A DNA stretch of 42,191 nt from the UHGV virus genome UHGV-0210215; one strand, given 5' to 3'. This document shows, in pieces, positions 1 through 8,906 of the stretch. The notes under the pieces were generated by a model. The model saw only the letters and a list, made by a program, of their open reading frames with translations. It did not search any database and was not told the DNA's origin. Made by a program: the position numbers and the translations under genes. Origin of the DNA: a virus. Numbering within the stretch: the stretch's first letter is position 1; each line of letters opens with the position of its first letter.

Positions 1-105
1 ATATCCATAACCTACGGTAAACGTGAGTGTTTTATAGTGCTCACCTTGAGCATCGTCATTGATTCTCAATGGATTTCTACCACGTATTTCATACGTTTTT
101 CTCAT
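1..105 (-). CDS. 5' part of a small early ORF that runs off the window start. If the molecule is circular it continues at 42114..42191, giving a 60-aa protein
   Basis: GGAGG then 7 nt then ATG at 105. The frame reaches position 1 with no stop and is in phase with the frame leaving 42191, which ends in a TGA that overlaps the ssb ATG (ATGA). Confidence 0.45.
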   Translation of the reverse strand, partial: MRKTYEIRGRNPLRINDDAQGEHYKTLTFTVGYGY

Positions 106-482
106 TTTGCTTCCTCCAGTTCAATTTCAATTCTTGGGCAATCCTTATCCACTTCAAACCAATGCTCAAAGTTGGCTATCTCGTCCCAACCATCATTTGC
201 GATCACTCTCGCTTCAATCATTCCGTCCAAGATAAACTTGATCCCGAATGCCACGTTGTCTTTATCCTTGCGCTTGTTTTTGCAGTACCAAGTGATTTTC
301 AAATTGATCGGCGTTGTCACTCTCAGGCCTGCCGCTTTAGCCATCAAGAATGCATAGCAACATTTTTCCGTGTTCTCTTTTTTCAGCTTGGCTCCTGCAT
401 AGCGGTTCGTCCGCTGGCTATTGATGAACTTATTCAAGTCAGTCAATTCACCAGGAATTACAATCTTTTTGTTATAAGGCAT
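102..482 (-). CDS. rusA: RusA-family Holliday junction resolvase (phage)
   Basis: 126 aa with an NRYAG segment, a D-x-D-N style acidic cluster (KDKDN) and a C-terminal DGWDE, all resembling E. coli RusA. Sits at the end of the replication module. Confidence 0.55.
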   Translation of the reverse strand: MPYNKKIVIPGELTDLNKFINSQRTNRYAGAKLKKENTEKCCYAFLMAKAAGLRVTTPINLKITWYCKNKRKDKDNVAFGIKFILDGMIEARVIANDGWDEIANFEHWFEVDKDCPRIEIELEEAK

Positions 483-669
483 TTCGTTTATCCAAGAGGT
501 CCAAAGTTATGACCGCTATATCCCTTTCTGTTAGATTCAATTCTTGTGCAACCTCCGTTGGCTTCATACCAGAATCTAAGAGAGCCGCTGCTCTCACGAG
601 TAATCTTTTAGGGAAATCAAATCGCCACCCGTCTAAGCAAATCACTTTCTCCATGTCATCCGCCTCCAT
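472..669 (-). CDS. hypothetical small early protein (65 aa)
   Basis: ORF coupled by overlap to the flanking genes on the same strand. Confidence 0.35.
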   Translation of the reverse strand: MEADDMEKVICLDGWRFDFPKRLLVRAAALLDSGMKPTEVAQELNLTERDIAVITLDLLDKRNAL

Positions 670-967
670 TTTTCAAACTGATGTATAGTTGCTGCGCCTC
701 TTTCCAAAGTTCATCTGTCGTGACATCCATGAAATTCTTTCCAAAATGATTGCTGTCTACTAACCGCTTTGATATAAGCAAATGTCGATACATGAGCATA
801 AACACTCTGAATTTAGCTTCTGCTCCTGTAGATTCTGTATCACCTGTCTCTTTCACATAAGCAGTCATAGACTCTAGCGGAAACTTCATCGATTCTTGAT
901 GTTCAGCAGGCAAAAGATTGAATATCAATTTAACAGGCTTACTAAAATCCCTCTGTGTCTCCAACAT
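656..967 (-). CDS. hypothetical early protein (103 aa)
   Basis: ORF in the early operon, overlapping and coupled to its neighbours. Confidence 0.4.
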   Translation of the reverse strand: MLETQRDFSKPVKLIFNLLPAEHQESMKFPLESMTAYVKETGDTESTGAEAKFRVFMLMYRHLLISKRLVDSNHFGKNFMDVTTDELWKEAQQLYISLKNGGG

Positions 968-1832
968 CTTCTAAGAACCTCCTTAAATCTTCATCAGTCA
1001 CTTTTGGCTTGTTGCTAGCATAGTTCACTGGCTCCTTTGCCCAATCTGGCAGTTGTTCTTGTCGAGCATACGATCGTGCCTGCTTCTTAGGTGTTTGCTT
1101 ATCCTTTCTCGCCCAAGCTCTTATGGTTGCTAGATAATTTTTGTAAGTCTTACCAGACAGCTCACAGTATTCAGAAACTCGATCGATTCGTTGCTCCCAA
1201 TCGTTTGGAAACTCTTCTTTGAGTTTTTCAAGTTGTTCATCATTCAAAAGAACATTTTTATATTCACCGTATTTGTGGCGAGGCGAAGTTTTCTTCTTTT
1301 TCTTTGTTTCTTTTTCTTTATCTATTTCTCTCTCTTTATCTATTTCTTTATCTATATCTACTTCTTTATCTATATCTGTACCGTCACGTGACGTCACGCT
1401 AACGTCACGACTAGCCTCGAGTAATTCTTGCTTTTTACGCTCACGGTATTTCCTGTTTCTCTCAGCATTCTTTAGCCTAACTTGCTCCATTCCTTCAATA
1501 TTCTGATGCTTTTCCCAGTTGCTAATAGCAATCAAGCCATCATTGTTAAGATCAATCATGTTGAAACCAGCAAGAGTTTTGAGTGCTAGTCTTACTGTGT
1601 TAACATTCTTTCCAAATAGAGTTGCTAACATTTCTTCTGTGTAGGGCATATTCCTTTGTATATAGATCAAGCCATCGTCATTGGTCTTACCTGCTAGCAC
1701 TAGAAGTCTTATCCATATGACCAAGATTGCATCTGACTCAGGAACAGCTTGGATTAACCTTATTTTTTCATCGTCAAACATTGTCGTCTTAAGCTTGATC
1801 CAACTAATTTCTGCCAACTCCTTACCCTCCAA
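942..1832 (-). CDS. phage replisome organiser / DnaD-domain replication initiation protein
   Basis: N-terminus (W.KL...FDDEKI.LI...P..D...VIW..LL.LAGK.N..G) matches the replisome-organiser N-terminal region. An acidic and basic repeat linker (EIDKE x n) is encoded by DNA iterons. A DnaD-like C-terminus follows. Confidence 0.6.
   Translation of the reverse strand: MEGKELAEISWIKLKTTMFDDEKIRLIQAVPESDAILVIWIRLLVLAGKTNDDGLIYIQRNMPYTEEMLATLFGKNVNTVRLALKTLAGFNMIDLNNDGLIAISNWEKHQNIEGMEQVRLKNAERNRKYRERKKQELLEASRDVSVTSRDGTDIDKEVDIDKEIDKEREIDKEKETKKKKKTSPRHKYGEYKNVLLNDEQLEKLKEEFPNDWEQRIDRVSEYCELSGKTYKNYLATIRAWARKDKQTPKKQARSYARQEQLPDWAKEPVNYASNKPKVTDEDLRRFLEDVGDTEGF
1290..1425. repeat. tandem iterons (TTTATCTAT x5 with 13-18 bp period) plus a GTCACG x3 / CACGTGACGTCACG palindrome inside the replisome-organiser gene: candidate phage ori
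   Basis: Read directly in the sequence at 1296-1425. Confidence 0.5.
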
Positions 1833-2499
1833 TCCTTAATTTTATGATTTCATCCTGTTTCAATTTGATGCCTATAACGTGATACTTCTTCTTAAACTCA
1901 GTAATCCCCATTTGATGCTTCTCGGTATGATGGGTTCTGCAAAGTGCTGCAAAAGTAAATTCTGTGTGATCAACTTCTTTCCGCTTACGCCTTCCTAGGG
2001 CTTTTTCAAAGTGATCGATGTCAGCGTTCTTTTTACCGCAAATGCAGCAGGTTCGATTCATTACACATTTATAAAAGAAATACTGAATGTTTTGTGGTGG
2101 AACCTCGTATCCATCTTTGAAAGGAATATCTCCATCGAAGATAAAGTCGAGTATCAAATCAGCCAGCAAAGATACATCATCCACTGTATTCGTGGAAATA
2201 TTTTTCAAACTAATATTTTTGCCTGTTAAAAACCGAAATTGCCAGTAAAATATATTTTTTAAGTCGTCAAATGGTTGTCCAGTGTATCTGTAAATATCAT
2301 TCATGAGAGAAAACACAAACGCTCTCTGCTCGACTGTGAACCCTCGTGGATCTTTGATGAATATTTCCGCTTGTCGCTCGCCGTCATATCCATCAAATAT
2401 TGTTTTGAGACGCGCGATATTTAGTTCATCTTTGAGTTCTAGCGTCAGGCGATTGCCTTCAACTTTTATTATTTTTGCTAGATACGAAAGATTGTTCAT
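1822..2499 (-). CDS. phage protein with a C-terminal HNH-type zinc-finger nuclease motif
   Basis: C-terminus CCICGKKNADIDHFE...CRTHHTEKH fits C-x2-C...DH...C..HH..H. The N-terminal 150 aa are unassigned. Confidence 0.4.
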   Translation of the reverse strand: MNNLSYLAKIIKVEGNRLTLELKDELNIARLKTIFDGYDGERQAEIFIKDPRGFTVEQRAFVFSLMNDIYRYTGQPFDDLKNIFYWQFRFLTGKNISLKNISTNTVDDVSLLADLILDFIFDGDIPFKDGYEVPPQNIQYFFYKCVMNRTCCICGKKNADIDHFEKALGRRKRKEVDHTEFTFAALCRTHHTEKHQMGITEFKKKYHVIGIKLKQDEIIKLRIGG

Positions 2500-3435
2500 T
2501 TACATCACTTCCACTTTGATTCCTTCACCAGTAATAAATTTGTTTAATGCTGTTAGTTGCTCATGCGTTCCTGTTAATCGCAGTTCAACTGTTTTAAACT
2601 CTTCAATTTCTTGACGTTGCAAATCTGGTGACTCCTCTAAAATCTCGCCTGTTTCTTGATCGATGACATTATTCTCAACTTGTCGCTCTTTGAGTTCTTT
2701 CATAGCTTGCTCATATTCAGCTTGGGCTTGCTGTTCCTTGAGTTCACGCTCTTCTCGTTCCCGTTTAGCAGCCACAGTTGCATCAATTTGCTTCATCAAG
2801 TCGGATGCGAATAATCCATTCTCGATCTGCACTACCCACGATTCTGGCTCAAGTCCTACTGCTTTAGCATAGTTGCCAATGATAGCTTTATCATTTTCAA
2901 TTCGTTTGTTTTCTGCAGCGATTTGTTTCATTTGGAATGTGATTTCTTCGAGTGTTTTCTTGTTCAATTCACCTTTTGTAGTAAAATTCCCTTTGTTTAA
3001 CCATGCTGGTTTAATCTCCAACTCGTTCGCATCAATCTCGTAGTTTGGTGCAATTTCTTCGATCGTTGCTTTCAGTTTTTCAAATCGTTTGTCCTTTTCA
3101 GACTCTTCAAAAGAAGAAATACTTTCGTTGATGCCGTCGCTAACAAGTTTGATTTGATTCGTATAACCATTGATCTTATTTTCAAAATCTTTTAAAGGCT
3201 TGCTGTATTCTTTCTTAACCGCTTTGCGTTGGTCGTCCAGCAACTTGGCAATTTTATTCAAATCTGCTTTAGCTTGCTTCGCTTCTGGAATATTGTCGTC
3301 AGTGAAAACCAAAGTTCCATAACGAGCGATAGTCGCATCCACCAACTCTTTCAGCTTGGCTTCATTGTTGATCGTGATTTGGCTTGGCGTGAAATCTACG
3401 TTAAATTCAAGTTGAGTAGTTAAATCGGTCGTCAT
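2500..3435 (-). CDS. DUF1351-like phage protein (coiled coil), partner of the ERF recombination module
   Basis: Start moved to the ATG that forms an ATGA overlap with the erf stop. The Glu/Lys-rich coiled-coil C-terminus and the position next to ERF are typical of this family. Confidence 0.45.
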   Translation of the reverse strand: MTTDLTTQLEFNVDFTPSQITINNEAKLKELVDATIARYGTLVFTDDNIPEAKQAKADLNKIAKLLDDQRKAVKKEYSKPLKDFENKINGYTNQIKLVSDGINESISSFEESEKDKRFEKLKATIEEIAPNYEIDANELEIKPAWLNKGNFTTKGELNKKTLEEITFQMKQIAAENKRIENDKAIIGNYAKAVGLEPESWVVQIENGLFASDLMKQIDATVAAKREREERELKEQQAQAEYEQAMKELKERQVENNVIDQETGEILEESPDLQRQEIEEFKTVELRLTGTHEQLTALNKFITGEGIKVEVM

Positions 3436-4160
3436 TGCGCATTCCCCCAATTGATATCATTTTGCTTTTGTTCAGCAGACTTGCTTTCTTGTGCGTTCTT
3501 TTCATAGCTCTGCTTCCACTTAATGAGTTGAGCCATAGCGCTACTGAATAGATTCACTGGCAATTGATCAAGAGAAGGAACCTTTGCTGCTTCAGCCAAT
3601 TTATTTTGGATTATTGATAGCTCAGCGCCAGCCAATTCAGCGACTTTTCTGGCTTCGTCATTCAAAGCAGCCAGCTGTTTTCCGTCAATCAGCTTAGGCG
3701 GCTGGATAGATTCTTGTTTTCTTTGGAATGAATCTGGATCGTCTTTGTCTGTAGCAATGTTGAAAAACTTCAGTAAGAAATATTTTTCACCGTAAGTTAA
3801 TGCTTTCCCTACACCTTTTTCGCCAGCGATATCAACACCTTGTGCGTACCAAGCGCTATCAACAAAATCTTCTTTATCATCGATGTTCTGCCAACGCATA
3901 TTCATTTCTAATTCAGTAAAATAAGTTGCTCGTTCTTTCTGGTTATCTTCACTTCCAATTAGCTCAACTCGTTCATTGAGTTTGTGATTAGTGATGGAAG
4001 GAATTAATAAAAGCCCAGCATCGTTGATAGCACTGTGTAACGCCCCTAACACATCACTAGATCCCACATATTTGAACTGATTACCAGATTTCTCTTTCTT
4101 CAGATAAGAAATCGACTTTCTGACTTCTGCTAAACGCTGGTATACATTTTTTTCATTCAC
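3432..4160 (-). CDS. erf: ERF-family single-strand annealing recombinase
   Basis: N-terminus VYQRLAEVRKSISYLKKEKSGNQFKYVGSSDVLGAL matches the ERF signature (VYQKLAEV...FKY...DVL). Size 242 aa. Confidence 0.65.
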   Translation of the reverse strand: MNEKNVYQRLAEVRKSISYLKKEKSGNQFKYVGSSDVLGALHSAINDAGLLLIPSITNHKLNERVELIGSEDNQKERATYFTELEMNMRWQNIDDKEDFVDSAWYAQGVDIAGEKGVGKALTYGEKYFLLKFFNIATDKDDPDSFQRKQESIQPPKLIDGKQLAALNDEARKVAELAGAELSIIQNKLAEAAKVPSLDQLPVNLFSSAMAQLIKWKQSYEKNAQESKSAEQKQNDINWGNAQ

Positions 4161-4492
4161 TTAAACTCCCCCTGTCTTTGTCCCAACCACTCTGCACCGC
4201 TAACAATTTTTAAAGCATTCATCATTAGCGATTCAGGTCCGTATTCATCAATTAGTTTCAAGAAGTTTTCTTCCTGAACAACAAATTTAGCCATAGTGCC
4301 GTTGCTGTTTTCTCGATATCCGATAAACATCCAATCCGATTCATGAACAATCGTTCCGTTATCGTCCTCATTCCAATGCGCTGACAGGTCTACTTCTTCC
4401 TCGTTATTGTCTAAAGAATGGATATTAGGCATCACATGACTGCTTTCGTCTTGCAGCAGGTTGTCGTAATTTGTTGCGATATAATCTGACAT
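4157..4492 (-). CDS. hypothetical acidic early protein (111 aa)
   Basis: ORF coupled by overlap to erf. Confidence 0.4.
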   Translation of the reverse strand: MSDYIATNYDNLLQDESSHVMPNIHSLDNNEEEVDLSAHWNEDDNGTIVHESDWMFIGYRENSNGTMAKFVVQEENFLKLIDEYGPESLMMNALKIVSGAEWLGQRQGEFK

Positions 4493-4551
4493 CTTCCCAC
4501 TCCTCTCGATTTGTGGTAAACTTAGGTAAATATTTTTTCGTTTCTGACTGA

Positions 4552-4680
4552 CTATAGCTTGCCGGCTAGTCGGTCTTTTTGTCGTTCAATATTCTGTCTT
4601 GATTGAATCAACGGCTTGTTGTGCTTATACCAGCGATCAGCAATGATTTTGCCGATACGTAGCGCTTCTGCTCTAGTCAT
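4552..4680 (-). CDS. small basic protein, 42 aa (MTRAEALRIGKIIADRWYKHNK...)
   Basis: Below the ORF-track size cutoff. GGGGG ribosome-binding site 9 nt upstream. Sits next to two further mini-ORFs on the same strand. Confidence 0.3.
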   Translation of the reverse strand: MTRAEALRIGKIIADRWYKHNKPLIQSRQNIERQKDRLAGKL

Positions 4681-4681
4681 A

Positions 4682-4819
4682 CTACTTAACCCCCATGATC
4701 CAAATCAGTGTTAACAAAAGTACGATGTTTAAACCAATGCTCAAATATGAAATCGCTTGGAGTTGGCGTGCTTTGTATAAGTGATTTCTATTTAGACTTG
4801 CTAACCATTTTTTCTTCAT
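4682..4819 (-). CDS. small membrane protein, 45 aa, with a C-terminal TM helix
   Basis: GAGGAG ribosome-binding site. Its start overlaps the stop of the upstream mini-ORF (ATGA). Confidence 0.3.
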   Translation of the reverse strand: MKKKWLASLNRNHLYKARQLQAISYLSIGLNIVLLLTLIWIMGVK

Positions 4820-4938
4820 GCTGACTCCTCCTTGAAATATCGATCGATCAAAGCGAGCGCTTCTTCTTTTGTTGAAACGGTATGCTGCATTGTCGATCCG
4901 CTATCTTCCTCAACTGATATAGTGATTGATTTAATCAT
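4816..4938 (-). CDS. small acidic protein, 40 aa
   Basis: AAGGAG ribosome-binding site 8 nt upstream. Its stop overlaps the next start. Confidence 0.3.
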   Translation of the reverse strand: MIKSITISVEEDSGSTMQHTVSTKEEALALIDRYFKEESA

Positions 4939-4970
4939 TTCCCCAACTCCTTTTAAGTTAAGTGTTTCTG

Positions 4971-5408
4971 TCAATAATACTCGTCTTCTTTTTTTTCGAT
5001 TTTTACATCTGCACTAAAGTTGTAGTTATAGTCAAATGAGTTCACTGCGCCTTGAACAAAAGCAGTCACAAGTGCAGATTTATTTTCTTCTTTTTCCATT
5101 TCACGTTTAACAACCGATTTAAGCAACTCTCTGTTTTCATCCAAGTACTCGTTAATAGCCTCTTTTGCAGCGGCTTGTACGATTTTTTTAACATGTATAT
5201 CTAAAAACGAATACTTGTTATCACTGCTGTATCGACTAACTTCACCACGATCATCAACCTTTTCATTGAGAGCGTTATTGATCAACGCAGACATAAAGTC
5301 TTCCTTGTTACCCATTGCAGTGATAATTGATTGATTCAATGTTTCTTTAAAGATTGTTTGGATTACTTCCTCATTGATTTCTAAATTCATATTTGCTAAA
5401 TTTGCCAT
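4971..5408 (-). CDS. hypothetical early protein (145 aa)
   Basis: ORF with a ribosome-binding site and good coding periodicity. Confidence 0.45.
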   Translation of the reverse strand: MANLANMNLEINEEVIQTIFKETLNQSIITAMGNKEDFMSALINNALNEKVDDRGEVSRYSSDNKYSFLDIHVKKIVQAAAKEAINEYLDENRELLKSVVKREMEKEENKSALVTAFVQGAVNSFDYNYNFSADVKIEKKEDEYY

Positions 5409-5427
5409 TCGTTTTCCCTCCTGATTT

Positions 5428-5859
5428 TTATTTATTAATTTCTTGCACTTTTTGATCCGTATACTGCCTTAACTCGCTCACACGCTGTTCTAGCTGTTCC
5501 TTGTCGTTTTGCACCGTGTTCAGTTGTTGGCGCAAGCTATCGGCTTCCTGTTGCTTTGTAGCGATCTCTTGTTGCTTTTGTTCGATCTCTCGTTGCTTGG
5601 CTTCAATTTCCTTTTGCTTGTCCGATTTGATTTGCTCAATTTCGGCTTTCAGCTGCTCCTGTGTGCGAGTGTTGTTGGATAGCTGTGATTCGAGTTCTGA
5701 CACACGCTGCGATTTCGTTTGGCCGTATTGTAGGACTGTGTTGAAGTTTGCCTTGATCGTGTCTAAGTCCTGAAATGCGTTGCTTGCTGCGTAGCCGATA
5801 ACTCCACTACCTAGTGCTAGTCCGATGATTGCTGTTGTTTTTGCTAGTTTGTTTTTCAT
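5428..5859 (-). CDS. membrane-anchored coiled-coil protein (N-terminal signal anchor, Gln/Glu/Lys heptad repeats)
   Basis: MKNKLAKTTAIIGLALGSGVIGYAAS hydrophobic N-terminus followed by (KQxEIE)n repeats. Confidence 0.45.
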   Translation of the reverse strand: MKNKLAKTTAIIGLALGSGVIGYAASNAFQDLDTIKANFNTVLQYGQTKSQRVSELESQLSNNTRTQEQLKAEIEQIKSDKQKEIEAKQREIEQKQQEIATKQQEADSLRQQLNTVQNDKEQLEQRVSELRQYTDQKVQEINK

Positions 5860-5945
5860 TGTGATTTCTCCTTTTCATCTTTTTATTTGTGTCAATATTC
5901 AAAAGAATTGTACCTAAGCTTAGAGTGATTGAAATTAAAGAAATT

Positions 5946-5978
5946 ATTGTCACCAAATGACATCCTCCTTTGATATAA
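5946..5978 (+). promoter_or_regulatory. extended -10 promoter (TGATATAAT at 5970-5978) driving the opposite-strand gene 6004-6516
   Basis: TGnTATAAT read in the sequence. GAGGTG ribosome-binding site at 5992. Confidence 0.45.
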
Positions 5979-6003
5979 TTATTTTTGAAAGCGAGGTGAG
6001 AAA

Positions 6004-6516
6004 ATGGAAATGTTGACTCCAACAGTAATAATCGCCGTCATTGCGTTAATATCGCCGGTTATCACGAATTATTTAAACAATATCCACATGGAAAAAATGA
6101 AATTTTTAGAATATCAATTGATGATGAAAAAAGATAAGTTTCAACAGAATAAAAATTTGGCAGAAAATTATATTCGCTCTACTATTGAAGTGATCCATTT
6201 ATTAAATGCTGGATTTGGTTATGCAATTCAATTGGGCAGAGATTTAAATCAAACATTATGGTTCCAAAGAGAAATAATTGACTATGAAGCATATCTATCA
6301 GCGCTAAAGATTTATAAAGAAAATCATTCAGTTTTATTAGCGGTTTCTTCAAAAAAACTTGCCGAAAAACTAATTGAATTTGATGCTACTTTATATGACA
6401 GAAAGAGTTTCAATAGAAATTTATTCCCTGATTTCGAAATTGTATTGGATGAAATACAATTAGAAATTAATAGAAATGAACCAAAGTATGATGAGTACCG
6501 ACCAAAGAAAATATAG
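6004..6516 (+). CDS. single-pass membrane protein (170 aa), encoded on the opposite strand inside the early operon: moron-like
   Basis: Own promoter and ribosome-binding site. N-terminal TM helix (TVIIAVIALISPVITNYL). Very AT-rich relative to the flanking genes. Confidence 0.55.
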   Translation: MEMLTPTVIIAVIALISPVITNYLNNIHMEKMKFLEYQLMMKKDKFQQNKNLAENYIRSTIEVIHLLNAGFGYAIQLGRDLNQTLWFQREIIDYEAYLSALKIYKENHSVLLAVSSKKLAEKLIEFDATLYDRKSFNRNLFPDFEIVLDEIQLEINRNEPKYDEYRPKKI

Positions 6517-6633
6517 AAGTGGGTATTTAGAATGTTTGATCATATATATGTTCCCTGAGATTGCTAGTATCATTATTAGTATTAGTGTAATGACTTTTAT
6601 CACCCTAGCCCCTCCTTCCGTGTGGGGTTATTT

Positions 6634-7326
6634 TTAATCCAATAGATCCATTTGGCGGACGATCGTTTTTGTTGCTGTGCTTGGCTCCCAATCTGTGATG
6701 TAATCAAGTACCTTCTGGAAGTGTTTCTGCCGTAACTGAGTTCTTGTACTCACACCTGTGATTTTCTTGACTCCTGAGTTGATGTCCTTGTGTAGCTCTC
6801 CTCGTTGGCTGTTAGTGACTTTACCGAAACCTCGTGCTACTTCTGCTACTCGCTGATTGATGCGGCGTGTGATGTAGCCGTAGTCTCCGGCACTTAGGAC
6901 TGTGTTTTCTTCAAGATCAGTGACACGTTTCTCTACTTTGGCAACTTTCTCCTTTGTGCCTTTTTGAAATTCAAACATGAGTTCCAGTGCTTCTTCTGGT
7001 GTTTCTGGAATCTTAAGCGCTTGCTCCTTGATGTGTGATTCCATTTCGTTGAAGCGTTCGATATAGCTTAAGGCGAATTGTGTTCCCTTGGCTCCTGTCA
7101 TTCTGGTTGCGTATAACTCGCAGCCTTTTTTCGTTAGTAGGTAGTTTGGTAAGCTTCTGCCTGTTGAATCTTCATAAGTTGATTCAATAAATAAATCGCT
7201 CGCCACACTTTTGTGGTCAGTCAGATGATCGATTATCTTAGCGATATCTCTTAAAACTTGGTCATGCCGTCGGTCTACCATTACTGCCACTTCATTGCTA
7301 GTTAATGTTTTTTCGATTGTTTGCAT
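6634..7326 (-). CDS. phage regulatory protein Rha / anti-repressor
   Basis: N-terminus NEVAVMVDRRHDQVLRDIAKII matches the pRha domain signature (EVA..FGKRHDNVLRDI). Confidence 0.6.
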   Translation of the reverse strand: MQTIEKTLTSNEVAVMVDRRHDQVLRDIAKIIDHLTDHKSVASDLFIESTYEDSTGRSLPNYLLTKKGCELYATRMTGAKGTQFALSYIERFNEMESHIKEQALKIPETPEEALELMFEFQKGTKEKVAKVEKRVTDLEENTVLSAGDYGYITRRINQRVAEVARGFGKVTNSQRGELHKDINSGVKKITGVSTRTQLRQKHFQKVLDYITDWEPSTATKTIVRQMDLLD

Positions 7327-7340
7327 TAGTGCTCCTCCTT

Positions 7341-7661
7341 TTATTTAAGAATTTCTCCGAAGTTTTCTTCTAAAAATTCTAATGTTTTTGATTTCAAAAA
7401 AAGATACTTGTCGTTGCCATCCCCTGGGTAATACACAAACCCTTCAGATGATTTTGAAATGTCGATTCTATTTCTATATCTAGGATTTTTTAAAACTTTC
7501 TGACTAAACCAATCATATTTTCTATTTATGCGATCAAGTACTTCTTTTAGCGTCATCCACCGACCTAAACTATCCGCTTGAAGCAACTCCTCGTACTCAA
7601 CCTTAGAAATGATCACATAATCTTCAGGTACAGGTATCTTTGCTTCCAAAAATTGTTGCAC
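7341..7661 (-). CDS. hypothetical early protein (106 aa)
   Basis: First ORF downstream of cro. Confidence 0.4.
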   Translation of the reverse strand: MQQFLEAKIPVPEDYVIISKVEYEELLQADSLGRWMTLKEVLDRINRKYDWFSQKVLKNPRYRNRIDISKSSEGFVYYPGDGNDKYLFLKSKTLEFLEENFGEILK

Positions 7662-7758
7662 GGGATCACTCTCCTATCATTAATTACATATTTAAAAAAT
7701 ATGGTAATTACCACTTGCGTAATTTTTAATTACGTTTTATAATAAAAAAAGAAAGTTG

Positions 7759-7968
7759 TTAGTTCGAAAAATCATTTTCCCATAACTTTTCGAATGATGT
7801 TTCAAGCAATAAAGTTAGGTTGATCGCTAATTTAAAGCTTGGGTCTACTCTGTTGGCTTCAATATTTCTGATGGTCGTTTCTGTTACACCAGACATTTCA
7901 GCTAATTTGCGCTGAGTGAGAGATTTAGATTTACGTGCCTCTTTAAAAGGCAATCTAGGGTTACACAT
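7759..7968 (-). CDS. cro: Cro-like XRE-family HTH regulator
   Basis: HTH motif LTQRKLAEMSGVTETTIRNIE. Start set at the second ATG, which has GAGGTGA 4 nt upstream. Divergent from cI. Confidence 0.65.
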   Translation of the reverse strand: MCNPRLPFKEARKSKSLTQRKLAEMSGVTETTIRNIEANRVDPSFKLAINLTLLLETSFEKLWENDFSN

Positions 7969-7986
7969 TTTATCACCTCTATTCAT

Positions 7987-8094
7987 ATCAAATTTACGTA
8001 ACTGCCAATTACACTTTTGATTATAAATGGTAAATGATAATTACGCAACCCTTTTCTTTATTTTTTCGTTAAAAATAACTGAGAGGAGATTATT
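7987..8094. promoter_or_regulatory. cI-cro intergenic switch region with AATTACG/CGTAATT operator-like half-sites (TTACGTAA palindrome at 7994-8001)
   Basis: The same half-site recurs downstream of cro at 7703-7733 (GTAATTAC; CGTAATTtttAATTACG). Confidence 0.45.
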
Positions 8095-8421
8095 ATGAGT
8101 ACATTTGCATTGAGATTAAAGGAATTAAGATCGAATAAAAAAATGTCACAAAAAGAACTTGCTGACTTTTTAGGGATGAAAAGAGAGAATATATCTAATT
8201 ATGAACGAGGTACAGTTACTAAAATACCAAGTGATGTATTAGAGAAACTGTCATCGCTATTTGGTGTTTCGGTTGACTATTTGTTGGGTAGAGAAGACTT
8301 TGAGAGAAAATTAGGTGCCCACGGAGAGCTTTTAGCCGCTCATATTGATGATGATGTTTCGGAAGAAGATATGGATGATATTTTAAGATATATAGAATTT
8401 AGAAAGAATAATCCTTTATAA
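8095..8421 (+). CDS. CI-like XRE-family repressor
   Basis: HTH motif MSQKELADFLGMKRENISNYERG. Sits at the first position of the lysogeny operon. Confidence 0.7.
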   Translation: MSTFALRLKELRSNKKMSQKELADFLGMKRENISNYERGTVTKIPSDVLEKLSSLFGVSVDYLLGREDFERKLGAHGELLAAHIDDDVSEEDMDDILRYIEFRKNNPL

Positions 8422-8435
8422 GATAAGCAGGTGGA

Positions 8436-8906
8436 ATGATGCAGGTTTATGAGGAATTAATGGCGAGTTATCCATATCTAGATTTCAAGTTTGACCCCTT
8501 AATGCCAGAAAAACACAAAGGTTTGATTATGGGCAAAACTGTTTATATAAATCCAAATCAGGAATATAAAGAATTAAATGTTACTGTGGCTGAAGAAATT
8601 GCACACTACTTAACTGGATCAGGGAATATAATTGCACAAGATTCAATTGAGAAACGTAAGCAAGAGCGATTAGCGAGAGATATAGGTGCTGCAATACTAG
8701 TAACACCTAAGGATATAATTGATTGCTTTGAAACTGGATGTAAAAGCGTTTGGGAATGTGCAGAACATTTGAATATTACTGACCAGGCATTCAAAGATGC
8801 TGTGAAATTCTATGCTAGGAAGTTTAGAGGGATTATGACAGAAGATAATCATATTATTATTTTTAGAGAAGACGGAACTGTAAGTGTATTTAAATCAGTT
8901 CAATAA
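8436..8906 (+). CDS. ImmA/IrrE-family metalloprotease (anti-repressor protease)
   Basis: HEXXH motif in AEEIAHYLTG. Directly downstream of the XRE repressor, the classic ImmR/ImmA pairing. Confidence 0.65.
   Translation: MMQVYEELMASYPYLDFKFDPLMPEKHKGLIMGKTVYINPNQEYKELNVTVAEEIAHYLTGSGNIIAQDSIEKRKQERLARDIGAAILVTPKDIIDCFETGCKSVWECAEHLNITDQAFKDAVKFYARKFRGIMTEDNHIIIFREDGTVSVFKSVQ

Noticed and set aside
1290-1400. Short direct repeats that could be mistaken for a CRISPR array
   Set aside because: Period 13-18 bp, inside a CDS, no spacer-repeat architecture, no cas genes. Better explained as ori iterons.
1191-1506. Two plus-strand ORFs with Phe/Ser/Leu-rich repeats
   Set aside because: Created by the iteron repeats on the antisense strand of the replisome-organiser gene.
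2040-2065. GGTTCGATTCA, which resembles a tRNA T-loop
   Set aside because: It is inside a coding region and no acceptor or anticodon arms can be formed. No tRNA genes were found in the window.
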